NCBI GenBank assembly: GCA_002376875.1
Contig: DFOT01000012.1
Coordinates: forward strand, 181,951-245,950
Direction: 5' to 3'
Length of the DNA stretch: 64,000 bases
Source: Opitutia bacterium UBA3534
GTDB lineage: Bacteria > Verrucomicrobiota > Verrucomicrobiia > Opitutales > UBA3534
The notes beneath the pieces were generated by a model. It saw only the letters and a list, made by a program, of their open reading frames with translations. It was not told the origin of the DNA and made no database searches. Positions 49,367 to 58,437 of this stretch are shown piece after piece. Made by a program: the position numbers and the translations under genes. How positions within the stretch are numbered: the first letter of the stretch is position 1; the number at the start of each line of letters is the position of its first letter.

Positions 49367-50640
49367 ATTATCCCAAAATCTCTGTAATTATTTGTAATTA
49401 TAACCATGCCTCTTTACTAGGGCGGGCCTTAGATAGTGTTCTTGAAGAAGAGGACCCAATTTACGAAATAATCGTGGTAGATGATGGTTCCACAGACGAT
49501 AGCCAGGAGCTCATACAAGCCTACGCAGACCGTTATCCGCATATAAAGTTTATTGCACATGATGAAAATAAAGGATGCATAGATGCTGTGAATACTGGGA
49601 TTGATGCTTCTACCGGGGAGTATATTGTATTCCGGGCTGCGGATGATTTAAATTACCCAGGCTTTATCGGTAAGGCAGTGGAAATGCTTGAGGTTTATCC
49701 GGAGGCTGCTTTGTGTTGTGGAGATGCTGCTTATTTTGGGAATGACCCTGACTATTATCAAGTTGAGCCTATGGGCTTGAGTGCCCAGCCTACTTATTTT
49801 AATCCCGATACTTTAGCCCGTGCATGGAATGGGCATATCCTCCATGGGCATACTGTTGTAGTGCGTGCGAAGGCCTTGGGCGAGTTTGGTTATTGGTTGC
49901 CCGAGACAGCTTGGTACTCCGATTGGTTTTGTTTTATGATTTTGGCTATGCGCCATGGCTTATGTTATATCCCTCAGCCAGCTGCAAAAGTGCGCTTAAG
50001 CTCACAGACTTATTGTTCTGCCAATGCAATCCAGCGGGAAAAGCAGCATGAGATTATGCGTACTGTTCTCAAAAAATTAAAGACAAGCTATCGCGATATA
50101 CTCCCACGTTTTATGCAAAGTGGAGCTTTGGCTTTCTTTGGGCCAGAGATGGTCGATAGCATTATGGCTCAGGAGGTCACTTGGGATGCTGAAACAATGT
50201 TGTTACTCCAACGCAATTTAGAGGCCTGGAATACACGTAAGACGCAAGCTCAGGATGAATATGGTATCACCCCAGTTATTGAAGGTGTTCTAGAGCGCCA
50301 CAGTGATGCCGTAGAGAAAATAGCTTCACAGGGGCGCATTGCAGTCTATGGGATGGGTGTACACACAGAGGCATTGATTAATGTCTGGCTAGAGCTCGAT
50401 CTTCCTTTCATTGATTGTTTACTCGTTAGCCATCCGACCACAATGACCTCATGCTGGGGAATCCCCGTCGTGAGTGTGACTGAGATAGAGCCTAGCTTCT
50501 TAGACCTTGTAGTTGTTTCCTCTAAGCCGTTTGAGGCCTCTATTGTGGCTCAGTGTCAGGAGCATTTACCAGAAGTCCCGTTGCTAACGTTCTGGGATAC
50601 TACCTTAACGTCTCTATCGCCTTTCATTCCAAGCGCGTGA
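49363..50640 (+). CDS. GT2-family glycosyltransferase with C-terminal Rossmann module
   Basis: NYNH, DDGSTDDS and AADD motifs; C-terminal AVYGMG...GIPV...VVVSS. Confidence 0.87.
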   Translation: MNYPKISVIICNYNHASLLGRALDSVLEEEDPIYEIIVVDDGSTDDSQELIQAYADRYPHIKFIAHDENKGCIDAVNTGIDASTGEYIVFRAADDLNYPGFIGKAVEMLEVYPEAALCCGDAAYFGNDPDYYQVEPMGLSAQPTYFNPDTLARAWNGHILHGHTVVVRAKALGEFGYWLPETAWYSDWFCFMILAMRHGLCYIPQPAAKVRLSSQTYCSANAIQREKQHEIMRTVLKKLKTSYRDILPRFMQSGALAFFGPEMVDSIMAQEVTWDAETMLLLQRNLEAWNTRKTQAQDEYGITPVIEGVLERHSDAVEKIASQGRIAVYGMGVHTEALINVWLELDLPFIDCLLVSHPTTMTSCWGIPVVSVTEIEPSFLDLVVVSSKPFEASIVAQCQEHLPEVPLLTFWDTTLTSLSPFIPSA

Positions 50641-51315
50641 CCTGAGGCGCTCCTCGTAGGAGGCTCGTAGTTCATCTGGGTATTCGGGCAGTGGGGCTTG
50701 GAATACTTTAGCTTTTAGCTCTTGTGCTAATATGGGGATGAAGGCCTCAAAAAATGCTTCACGAGAGAGGGGAGCAATCACCTTGCTATCAATGGAGCCT
50801 TGAAGAAGGAGGCCATGGCGGTTTCGCTTAAGGGCTGCTCCAGCTATTTTTTGGCCCGAGCGGGTTAAGATAACATCAAAGGGCTCTGCACGGGTAAAAC
50901 AGGCAGGTGCAATGGCCTCTTGATCACAAGAGGTGCAGTCTTGGAGGCTCGCCGTAATACTGCAGCTGCGTAAGGCTTGGGCGAGGGCTTGATGAATAAA
51001 AGCGTAAGTCGTTGTTGCGCGGTCTTTGTATAAAGAGTGCTCAGGGGGGATCACGAGGCTGTAAGTCCAATCTTGGGTGTGGTCTACGAGGCCTCCTCCC
51101 GTAGGGCGTCGGTATACATGCTCAGCTGTTTCTGGGATGTCTTGCCATACGGTTTCAAATTTCTGGGAGTAGCCGAAGGTCCAGGCAGGCGTGTCCCAAC
51201 CATAAGAGCGCAGGCGTATGGTGTCGGCTTCGGGGTAAGCCTCTAGGAGTAGGAGGTCCTCGGCCATATTTTTATCGGCTGGGGCTTTTCCTGGTTTTAG
51301 ATAATTTAGGATCAT
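50614..51315 (-). CDS. Lipoate-protein ligase / octanoyltransferase (LplA/LipM family)
   Basis: NMAED, RRPTGGG..DH and KIAGAA motifs. Confidence 0.88.
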   Translation of the reverse strand: MILNYLKPGKAPADKNMAEDLLLLEAYPEADTIRLRSYGWDTPAWTFGYSQKFETVWQDIPETAEHVYRRPTGGGLVDHTQDWTYSLVIPPEHSLYKDRATTTYAFIHQALAQALRSCSITASLQDCTSCDQEAIAPACFTRAEPFDVILTRSGQKIAGAALKRNRHGLLLQGSIDSKVIAPLSREAFFEAFIPILAQELKAKVFQAPLPEYPDELRASYEERLRSRAWNERR

Positions 51316-51435
51316 TAATTGTTTGACAGGAGCACTATTTTACTTTCGGTATTGTAAAAGGAATGGCAGTATTTGAAAATAGAAAATGACGCTAAAACGA
51401 CCTCTTTCTGCCTTTCCTCAGGATCTTAGTTTATA

Positions 51436-52713
51436 ATGATACTATTAGGTGCAGCCCTGGCGGGCTTAATTTTATTTAACGCAATGTTAGCCGCATGCGA
51501 GTTTAGTCTCGTAAAGTTCCGCTACACCGTTATCGACGAGAAAGAGTTCGAACGTGTTCGTGCTAAAAAGCGAGTGGCTCGGCTTATAGACAGTGCTCAG
51601 GCCACAGCGCAGAGTATTCGGTTTTGTCTTACTTTAGGGACGATGGGGATGGGGTTTGTTCTCTATGCCTGGGTTCAGGAGTTTTTTGAAAAAGCACCAC
51701 AGAGCTTACTAGAAACCAAGGAAGGGCTCACGATTGCCGTGGCTTTTATTGCGACTGCAGGCATTTATTATATCACTGCAGACTTACTCCCTAGGTCTTT
51801 AGCGTTTGCTTTTCCCGAGAGGACCTTGCGGCTTACTTCTTGGTTCGCTCTCGCTGTTACTGCAATTGTTTCTCCGGCGCTTAAGGTGCTGACTTTCTTT
51901 ACAAAGAAGCTTTCTGATACTAAAGGAGATGAAGACCTAAACCTACTTGACCTTGAGGTACAGATTCGTGCTCTTGGGGAAGATCGCCCTGCGCTTTCAA
52001 AGTTCACCCAAAAGATCCTTCAGAACACCTTAAGGCTTCGTGAGCTAGAGGCCTCAGATGTACTTTTGCCGCGTAACAAGATTCATTATATTAATTACCA
52101 AGAGGCTATAGCCGATAACCTGAGCGCAATCAAAGACTCAGGCCACACACGTTTTCCCTTGTGTGATGGAGATTTAGACCGGTGTGTGGGGCTTGTTCAT
52201 ATTAAGGATGTGTTCCATTACCAAGGAGATGCTTTGGATCTCATTAAATTTAAGCGCAAGATTTTGCGCTTCCCCCTAGATGCCCCTCTAGAGGTGGTTT
52301 TACAGCGTATGCTACGCTTAAAGGCACATATGGCTTTAGTGGTTGATGAGTTTGATGGCACAGCAGGGATTTTAACCCTGGAAGACCTTCTAGAAGAACT
52401 TGTAGGAGAGATTCAGGATGAATTTGATGAAGAGGAAGTAGCCATCCAAAAGATTGGAGATGACTGCTACCTTATTTCTGGACTAGCCCCTATTCATGAT
52501 CTGGAGGAGACCTTGAATATTGTGGTTGATGACGAGATGGTGTCTACCTTTGGCGGTTGGATTACTGCGCAGTTGGGGCATATTCCTCAGAAGGGTGAAA
52601 CCTTTTCATTTGGAGAAGTATCAGGAACAATCGAGAAAGTGACTGAAACACAAGTGCTCTCTGTCGAGGTTACGGTAAATCGTCGCGAAAATAGCGAAGA
52701 GGGTGAAGACTAA
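51436..52713 (+). CDS. CNNM/CorC-family (hemolysin-like) CBS-domain membrane protein
   Basis: N-terminal TM domain; GHTRFP, VVDEF and LEDLLEELVGEIQDEFD motifs. Confidence 0.9.
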   Translation: MILLGAALAGLILFNAMLAACEFSLVKFRYTVIDEKEFERVRAKKRVARLIDSAQATAQSIRFCLTLGTMGMGFVLYAWVQEFFEKAPQSLLETKEGLTIAVAFIATAGIYYITADLLPRSLAFAFPERTLRLTSWFALAVTAIVSPALKVLTFFTKKLSDTKGDEDLNLLDLEVQIRALGEDRPALSKFTQKILQNTLRLRELEASDVLLPRNKIHYINYQEAIADNLSAIKDSGHTRFPLCDGDLDRCVGLVHIKDVFHYQGDALDLIKFKRKILRFPLDAPLEVVLQRMLRLKAHMALVVDEFDGTAGILTLEDLLEELVGEIQDEFDEEEVAIQKIGDDCYLISGLAPIHDLEETLNIVVDDEMVSTFGGWITAQLGHIPQKGETFSFGEVSGTIEKVTETQVLSVEVTVNRRENSEEGED

Positions 52714-53690
52714 GCCCGGGCCGCTGCGCGTTGTAAGCGATCTCTAAGGGCAACTCCGATACCTTGAGCTTGTGGCATTTCTAGGTACAGACGTGTATAG
52801 CCTTGAGTGTCTAACATGCGTAGCAACGAAAAGAGTTGTTGGGCCACTTCTGTAAGGTCTCCTGATTCACTCATCCAGAAGTGTTGTATGTTGTCTTGGG
52901 GTAAGCAAGTGTGAGGGCGCCTCAAGTGAATGCATGCAATTCGGTCTTGCTGGAGGATCTCTTGAGGAAAAGGGTTACCTGCTTCAAGTAAAGTTAGAGG
53001 AGTATGGGGGCTGTAGTGTTGTTTGAGCAAGCCAGGGGCTGTGCAGGCTTCCCCTTCGGGTGCTTGCTTTGATTTTGAGGCTACGGGTACTCCGAGCACA
53101 GCACTAAGCTCATCTGCGGTAATAGGGCCTGGGCGCAGAACCGTAGGGGTTTTGTTGCTTAAATCTAGTATGGTGGATTCAATCCCAATAGAACAAGGCC
53201 CTCCGTCGAGTACATAGGGGATTTTTTGCCCTAAAGAGTCTTGGACATGCTGGGCGCAGCTGGGGCTCAGGTAGCCAAATGGATTAGCGCTTGGGGCTGC
53301 TAAAGCAAGCCCAGAGACTTTAAGAACTTCACGGAAAAGAGGGTGGCTAGGCATCCTGATTGCCACCGTAGGCTGGCCAGCTGTTACCAGGTCAGGGACC
53401 TTGGTTGTTTTGGGTAATATGAGGGTTAGGGCCCCTGGCCAGAAGGCCTCTGCTAGTTTCTCAAGCATGGGGTGGGGGGTGGCTAATTCATTAAGTTGTT
53501 CTAAGTCAGCAATATGAACAATCAAAGGGTCAATTAGGGGGCGGTTTTTGACCTCAAAAATTTTATTAACCGCTACAAGATCTAGGGCATTCCCTGCTAA
53601 GCCATAAACGGTCTCAGTAGGTAGGGCTACAATATCTCCTTGCTGGAGGAGTGTGGCCGCATGCTGGATCTCTTGAGTGGATGTGTTCAT
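52710..53690 (-). CDS. sua5: Threonylcarbamoyl-AMP synthase (Sua5 type)
   Basis: PTETVYGL, KNRP..DPLIVH, APSAN and APG...HYSP motifs. Confidence 0.93.
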   Translation of the reverse strand: MNTSTQEIQHAATLLQQGDIVALPTETVYGLAGNALDLVAVNKIFEVKNRPLIDPLIVHIADLEQLNELATPHPMLEKLAEAFWPGALTLILPKTTKVPDLVTAGQPTVAIRMPSHPLFREVLKVSGLALAAPSANPFGYLSPSCAQHVQDSLGQKIPYVLDGGPCSIGIESTILDLSNKTPTVLRPGPITADELSAVLGVPVASKSKQAPEGEACTAPGLLKQHYSPHTPLTLLEAGNPFPQEILQQDRIACIHLRRPHTCLPQDNIQHFWMSESGDLTEVAQQLFSLLRMLDTQGYTRLYLEMPQAQGIGVALRDRLQRAAARA

Positions 53691-53703
53691 TGGTGTTGGA
53701 TAC

Positions 53704-53737
53704 ACAAAAGCCCGCCTATGAAAAATCAAGGCAGGCT
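53704..53737 (-). terminator. Intrinsic terminator after rpsR
   Basis: Minus strand reads AGCCTGCCT-loop-AGGCGGGCT then TTTGT. Confidence 0.65.
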
Positions 53738-53761
53738 CCTGAGGAAAGTCTAAATAGCTAA

Positions 53762-53962
53762 TTACTTAACTAGCAATAGGTTACGCGCACGCTTGATCAT
53801 CTTTGTTACGTGGCGCTGCTGCTTAGAATTCAGCCCAGTGTAGCGACGAGGTAGAATCTTGCCTGTGTCGGTAGTGTAGCGTGCGAATACTTCAGCATCT
53901 CTCCAGGTCAGGTCCATGGGAGACTTTGATTTTTTGTTTTCAGTTTGTTCTTCTGTGCTCAT
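53762..53962 (-). CDS. rpsR: 30S ribosomal protein S18 (cysteine-free form)
   Basis: TGKILPRRYTG...QR.....IKRAR motif; no Cys. Confidence 0.93.
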   Translation of the reverse strand: MSTEEQTENKKSKSPMDLTWRDAEVFARYTTDTGKILPRRYTGLNSKQQRHVTKMIKRARNLLLVK

Positions 53963-54043
53963 GTTAATAAAGAAACCCTAGTGAATGGCTTTTTGAGAAA
54001 AGGGCAAGCTAATTTTAGGGAATTAAGGGCCCTTTTTGAATAT

Positions 54044-55975
54044 TCAAGAAGACGGAGTGAAAGCGGTTTCTGCAGTAGGACTATTGAGGGGGCTGAGTGC
54101 CTCAAAACGTTGCATGATCTGGGCCTGCATGGCCTCTGGGCTTAGGTCATTGGCCTGGCGTAAGTCGGCTATTGAAGAGCCATGAGAGACGAATTTGTCT
54201 GGCCATCCAATCAGCTCAACAGGAGTATTCAGCTTGAGTTCTTGGAGCGCTTCCAGAACCGCACTGCCAAATCCGCCTGAGCGTACGTGGTCTTCAAGCG
54301 TTACAATAAGTGAGGCTTTTTGAGCGTGCTCTTGGAGTAGGTCAATGTCTAAGGGCTTCGCGAAGCGCGCATTAACGACTCCTACGGATAGTCCGTATTC
54401 TTCTGCGATGATTTGAGCCAAGCCAAGGGCATCCTGAACCATCGGGCCTAGTGCCCACAAAATAATATCCTTACCCGGGCGTAGTACTTCAGCCTTGCCA
54501 ATAGGGAGTGTTTTTGGGGTGTCCTTAATGGTAACTCCAACAGCAGCTCCACGTGGGTAACGCACAAAGGAGGGGCCTTTGTAGTCAATCGCAGTGCGGA
54601 TCATATCGACGAGTTCGTCCTCATCTTTGGGTTGCATGACAACCGTGCGAGGGATACAGCGTAGGTAAGCAATGTCAAAAAGACCATGGTGGGTCGGCCC
54701 GTCATTGGGAGAGAGGCCAGCACGGTCCATACAGAAAGTTACGTCTAGGTCTTGGAGGCATACATCATGCATGATGCAGTCAAAAGCGCGCTGTAGGAAG
54801 GTAGAGTAAATCCCGCACACGGGCTTAAAGCCTTTGGTTGCCATCCCTGCTGCAAAAATAACGCCGTGTTCTTCAGCGATACCAATGTCAAAGAATTGCT
54901 CTGGGCATTCTTGTTGAAGCATTTTGAGGCTTGTTCCTGCAGGCATAGCTGCGGTGATACCAACAATCTTTTTATCTTCCTTAGCAAAGCGGACCATGGC
55001 TTTGCCAAATACGTCTTGGTAGTTAGGAGGGGTGCCAGGTTTCTTCGGTGCAGATTCTCCTGTCTCTCGATCAAAGGGTCCTGTCCCATGAAATTTCTCG
55101 GGGTTTTTAATCGCTACTTCGTAGCCTTTTCCTTTTTTCGTGAGCGTATGTAAAATAATAGGCTCTGGAGAATGTTTGCAAAACTCGAGGTACTGGGTGA
55201 GTAGGCCAATATCGTGTCCGTCAATGGGGCCAATATAGCGAATGCCGTATTTCTCGAATAAAGAGGAGGGAACTAAAAAGTCTTTTGCTTCTTTTTTGGC
55301 TTTGGAGCCAAAGCGGATGATAGATTCCCCCCCAGGTACACGCTTAAGGAAGGACTCTAAGTCGTTGTGTAGGCGGTTGTAGGTCGGGGTGGTAATCAGC
55401 TCGTTTAAGTAGTGGGCTAGGGCTCCTACGTTTTTAGAGATAGACCATTCGTTGTCGTTTAAAACAATGATCAGGCGTTTTGTGCTGCTGGTTATGTTGT
55501 TAAGCGCCTCCATCGTAATGCCGCAGGTAAAGGCAGCATCCCCCAGAACAGCAACCACATGGTCTTCTGAGTTAAGAAGATCTCGTGCTGTAGCCATTCC
55601 TACAGCTGCAGAAAGTGCAGTACCGGCATGCCCTGCACCAAAGCAATCATGTTCGCTTTCTGAGCGTGAGAGAAAGCCGCTAACACCCCCGGTTTTGCGG
55701 AGCTTCTGGAAGCCTTCTCCGTAGCGGCCCGTCAAAAGCTTGTGGACATAACCTTGGTGGGAAACATCAAAGGTGAAGGAATCTTGTGGAGTTGAGAAAA
55801 CACGGTGAAGCGCTAAGGTAAGCTCAACTACGCCCAAGTTAGGTCCAATATGGCCCCCATTTTGGGAGGTTACTTGGATGATCGTTTCTCTGATTTCTTC
55901 AGCTAGAACCTCTAAGCCTTCTTGGGAAAGGGTTTTAATATCATCGGGGTGCTTGATGTTTTCTAGGTAGGCCAT
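54044..55975 (-). CDS. dxs: 1-deoxy-D-xylulose-5-phosphate synthase
   Basis: GGH..NLGVVELT, GHAGT, GDAA, GIAEEH, YSTFLQR and DGPTHHG motifs. Confidence 0.97.
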   Translation of the reverse strand: MAYLENIKHPDDIKTLSQEGLEVLAEEIRETIIQVTSQNGGHIGPNLGVVELTLALHRVFSTPQDSFTFDVSHQGYVHKLLTGRYGEGFQKLRKTGGVSGFLSRSESEHDCFGAGHAGTALSAAVGMATARDLLNSEDHVVAVLGDAAFTCGITMEALNNITSSTKRLIIVLNDNEWSISKNVGALAHYLNELITTPTYNRLHNDLESFLKRVPGGESIIRFGSKAKKEAKDFLVPSSLFEKYGIRYIGPIDGHDIGLLTQYLEFCKHSPEPIILHTLTKKGKGYEVAIKNPEKFHGTGPFDRETGESAPKKPGTPPNYQDVFGKAMVRFAKEDKKIVGITAAMPAGTSLKMLQQECPEQFFDIGIAEEHGVIFAAGMATKGFKPVCGIYSTFLQRAFDCIMHDVCLQDLDVTFCMDRAGLSPNDGPTHHGLFDIAYLRCIPRTVVMQPKDEDELVDMIRTAIDYKGPSFVRYPRGAAVGVTIKDTPKTLPIGKAEVLRPGKDIILWALGPMVQDALGLAQIIAEEYGLSVGVVNARFAKPLDIDLLQEHAQKASLIVTLEDHVRSGGFGSAVLEALQELKLNTPVELIGWPDKFVSHGSSIADLRQANDLSPEAMQAQIMQRFEALSPLNSPTAETAFTPSS

Positions 55976-55980
55976 AAAAT

Positions 55981-56220
55981 TTAGTTAGGAAAGTCTAGGG
56001 GTTCTAGTGAGTCGCTTCCGGCTTTTAATTGAGATATCTTAAGCTGAGCGTCTTTTAGGTATGCTTGGCAGCGTTTAAGCAATTGGGTACCTTCTTCATA
56101 TTGATTTACCAATTGGTCTAGGGGGACATCTCCTGCCTCCATGCCTTCGATGAGGGTTTCTAAACGCTCGAGGAGCGGCTCAAAAGCTTCCTCTTTGTCT
56201 TTTTGCTTTGCTGCGGACAT
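55981..56220 (-). CDS. xseB: Exodeoxyribonuclease VII small subunit
   Basis: FE..LERLE.LIE.ME.G..PL....YEEG..L..C pattern; start MSAAK. Confidence 0.9.
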   Translation of the reverse strand: MSAAKQKDKEEAFEPLLERLETLIEGMEAGDVPLDQLVNQYEEGTQLLKRCQAYLKDAQLKISQLKAGSDSLEPLDFPN

Positions 56221-56301
56221 ATAAAAGTGACTTAATATAAAGTACAGCGACTGCCTTTGAATACAAGTATATAACAAAGCCTAACAAGACTTAACAGCCT
56301 T

Positions 56302-57552
56302 ATGAATCCCCTGATCGTATTTTTCGTTGCGACTTTATTATTGAAAACTGTAACTCAATTATTGCTTGATTGGGTTAATTTAAGGCACTTAAGCCTTCAT
56401 GAAGGGAAGGTCCCTAAGGCGTTTAAGTCATTTATTACTAATAGAGAGTATGATAGGTCGGTATCATATACTAAGGCAAAAACCCATTTTGGGATGTGTG
56501 AGCTTGTATACGATAGTATTATTTTAGCAATTGTTGTGCTGAGTGGCTTATTGCCCTGGTTGTACTATGGGTTTACAAGCCGCCTTGGAATGTCGTTGTG
56601 GGGCCAGTCTGCCGTCTTGTGCATTATCATGCTTGCCTTGTCCGTACCGTCTTTACCTTTCGAGTGGTACAGTCAGTTTAGGCTCGAAGAACGTTTCGGC
56701 TTTAATAAAAGCACGTTTCAATTATGGATCAGTGATAAAATTAAGGGCATGGTCTTAGGAGTTGTGATTGCTTATCCGCTTTTGTGTGCCTTTCTTTATT
56801 TCTTCCAGACATTTGAGCAAACTTGGTGGATTTGGGCCTTTGTAGCCTTTTTCTCGGTGCAGCTTTTAATGATGTTGTTGTACCCACGTCTTATCTTACC
56901 CCTGTTTAATAAACTTGCGCCTCTAGAGAAGGGGGCCTTACGTAAGCGCCTATTAGCCTTAGCAAAGCGTACCGGTTTTAAGACCGCTAACATCGAGGTT
57001 ATGGACGGCAGTAAACGCTCGTCTCATTCTAATGCGTTTTTTACCGGCTTTGGGAAGTTCCGCCACATTGTATTGTATGATACTTTAATGGAGCAGCTAG
57101 AGGATGATGAGGTCGAGGCTGTGTTAGCCCACGAGATTGGTCATTATAAAAAAGGTCATATTCCTAAAATGTTATTTTTATCTGCTTTGCTCACCTTCCT
57201 AGGTTTTGCAGGGATCGGTTGGCTAGTAACACAAGCATGGTTCTTTCATAGCCTTGGCTTTTCGGTGGCTTCTGGGATGGTGCCAGCTTTGCTTTTGTTT
57301 TCTTTGCTTATAGGGCTCATTACTTTTTGGCTAAAGCCTTTTACTAATGCTTGGTCTCGTAAGCACGAATATGAAGCCGATGCTTTTGCTCGTAACGCAG
57401 TAGGAAATAATCCTGAACCTCTCATTACAAGCCTTCGTAAGCTCCACCAAAAGAACTTAAGTAATTTAACCCCACACCCCCTCTATAGTCAGTTTTACTA
57501 CTCTCACCCTACCTTACTGGAAAGAGAAGCTAGTTTAAACGAGCAAGCCTAG
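56302..57552 (+). CDS. M48 (Ste24-like) membrane metalloprotease
   Basis: MDGSKRS, NAFFTG, HEIGH, EYEAD and YSHP motifs. Confidence 0.93.
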   Translation: MNPLIVFFVATLLLKTVTQLLLDWVNLRHLSLHEGKVPKAFKSFITNREYDRSVSYTKAKTHFGMCELVYDSIILAIVVLSGLLPWLYYGFTSRLGMSLWGQSAVLCIIMLALSVPSLPFEWYSQFRLEERFGFNKSTFQLWISDKIKGMVLGVVIAYPLLCAFLYFFQTFEQTWWIWAFVAFFSVQLLMMLLYPRLILPLFNKLAPLEKGALRKRLLALAKRTGFKTANIEVMDGSKRSSHSNAFFTGFGKFRHIVLYDTLMEQLEDDEVEAVLAHEIGHYKKGHIPKMLFLSALLTFLGFAGIGWLVTQAWFFHSLGFSVASGMVPALLLFSLLIGLITFWLKPFTNAWSRKHEYEADAFARNAVGNNPEPLITSLRKLHQKNLSNLTPHPLYSQFYYSHPTLLEREASLNEQA

Positions 57553-57558
57553 TAAAAA

Positions 57559-58437
57559 ATGAGACACGCATTGAATTTCTTAATCATATTCCTTGTGTCT
57601 GCCAGTTCTTTGTGGGCAGGCCAGGTTCGTGTAGCCAGTTGGAATCTAAATAACTACCTTACTTTCGATCGTTTAGTAGATGGTGTTTACCGAGAAGATT
57701 ACCCAAAGCCTGAGGAAGAAAAAGAGGCTATGCGTACGCTCTTATTGGGTGTACAGCCTGATGTTCTGCTTGTTCAGGAAATGGGCACAGAAGACTTTTT
57801 ATATGAGCTGCAGTCAGACCTTGCTGCTTTAGGCCTTCATTACCCTTACACAGCTTTGCTAGAAGCTGCAGACCCCGTGAGGCATGTGGCGGTCCTTTCA
57901 AAGAAGCCTTTCAAAAAAGTGCATAAGCATGATGACCTATGGTTTTCATACTTTCGAGGTAAAGATCGTGTGAAGCGAGGCTTATTGGAGCTAGTATTTC
58001 AGGAAGGCTCTACAAAATGGGTCCTTTATGGGTTACATCTCAAAAGCCAGCTTACCGCAAGTAAGGACGACCCTCACGCAGCCAAGCAGCGCGAGCGTGA
58101 AGCCAATGCAATTCGTAATCGTATCAAACGTAGAGAGAATCCTTATTATCTAATCGCAGGCGATTTTAACGATCACCCTAATAGCCCGCCACTACGTCGC
58201 TTCTTGAAAATTGCAGACAAAGAATTATCCCGCTTTATTCCTACAGCTGATTCTCGTGGAGAAACATGGACTTGCTATTACAAAAAAGAAGATAGCTACT
58301 CTCACTTAGATTATATCCTCGTTTCCCCCGCGCTTGCCTCTCACGTAGTGGACAATAGGGCTTATCTGGTGGATAAACTTCCTGAAAGTCGTATTGCCAG
58401 CGACCACCGTATGGTCGTTGTTGATTTAGATCTTTAG
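57559..58437 (+). CDS. Exported endonuclease/exonuclease/phosphatase (EEP) family protein
   Basis: Signal peptide; SWNL, QE, HLKS, GDFND, LDYIL and SDH motifs. Confidence 0.9.
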   Translation: MRHALNFLIIFLVSASSLWAGQVRVASWNLNNYLTFDRLVDGVYREDYPKPEEEKEAMRTLLLGVQPDVLLVQEMGTEDFLYELQSDLAALGLHYPYTALLEAADPVRHVAVLSKKPFKKVHKHDDLWFSYFRGKDRVKRGLLELVFQEGSTKWVLYGLHLKSQLTASKDDPHAAKQREREANAIRNRIKRRENPYYLIAGDFNDHPNSPPLRRFLKIADKELSRFIPTADSRGETWTCYYKKEDSYSHLDYILVSPALASHVVDNRAYLVDKLPESRIASDHRMVVVDLDL

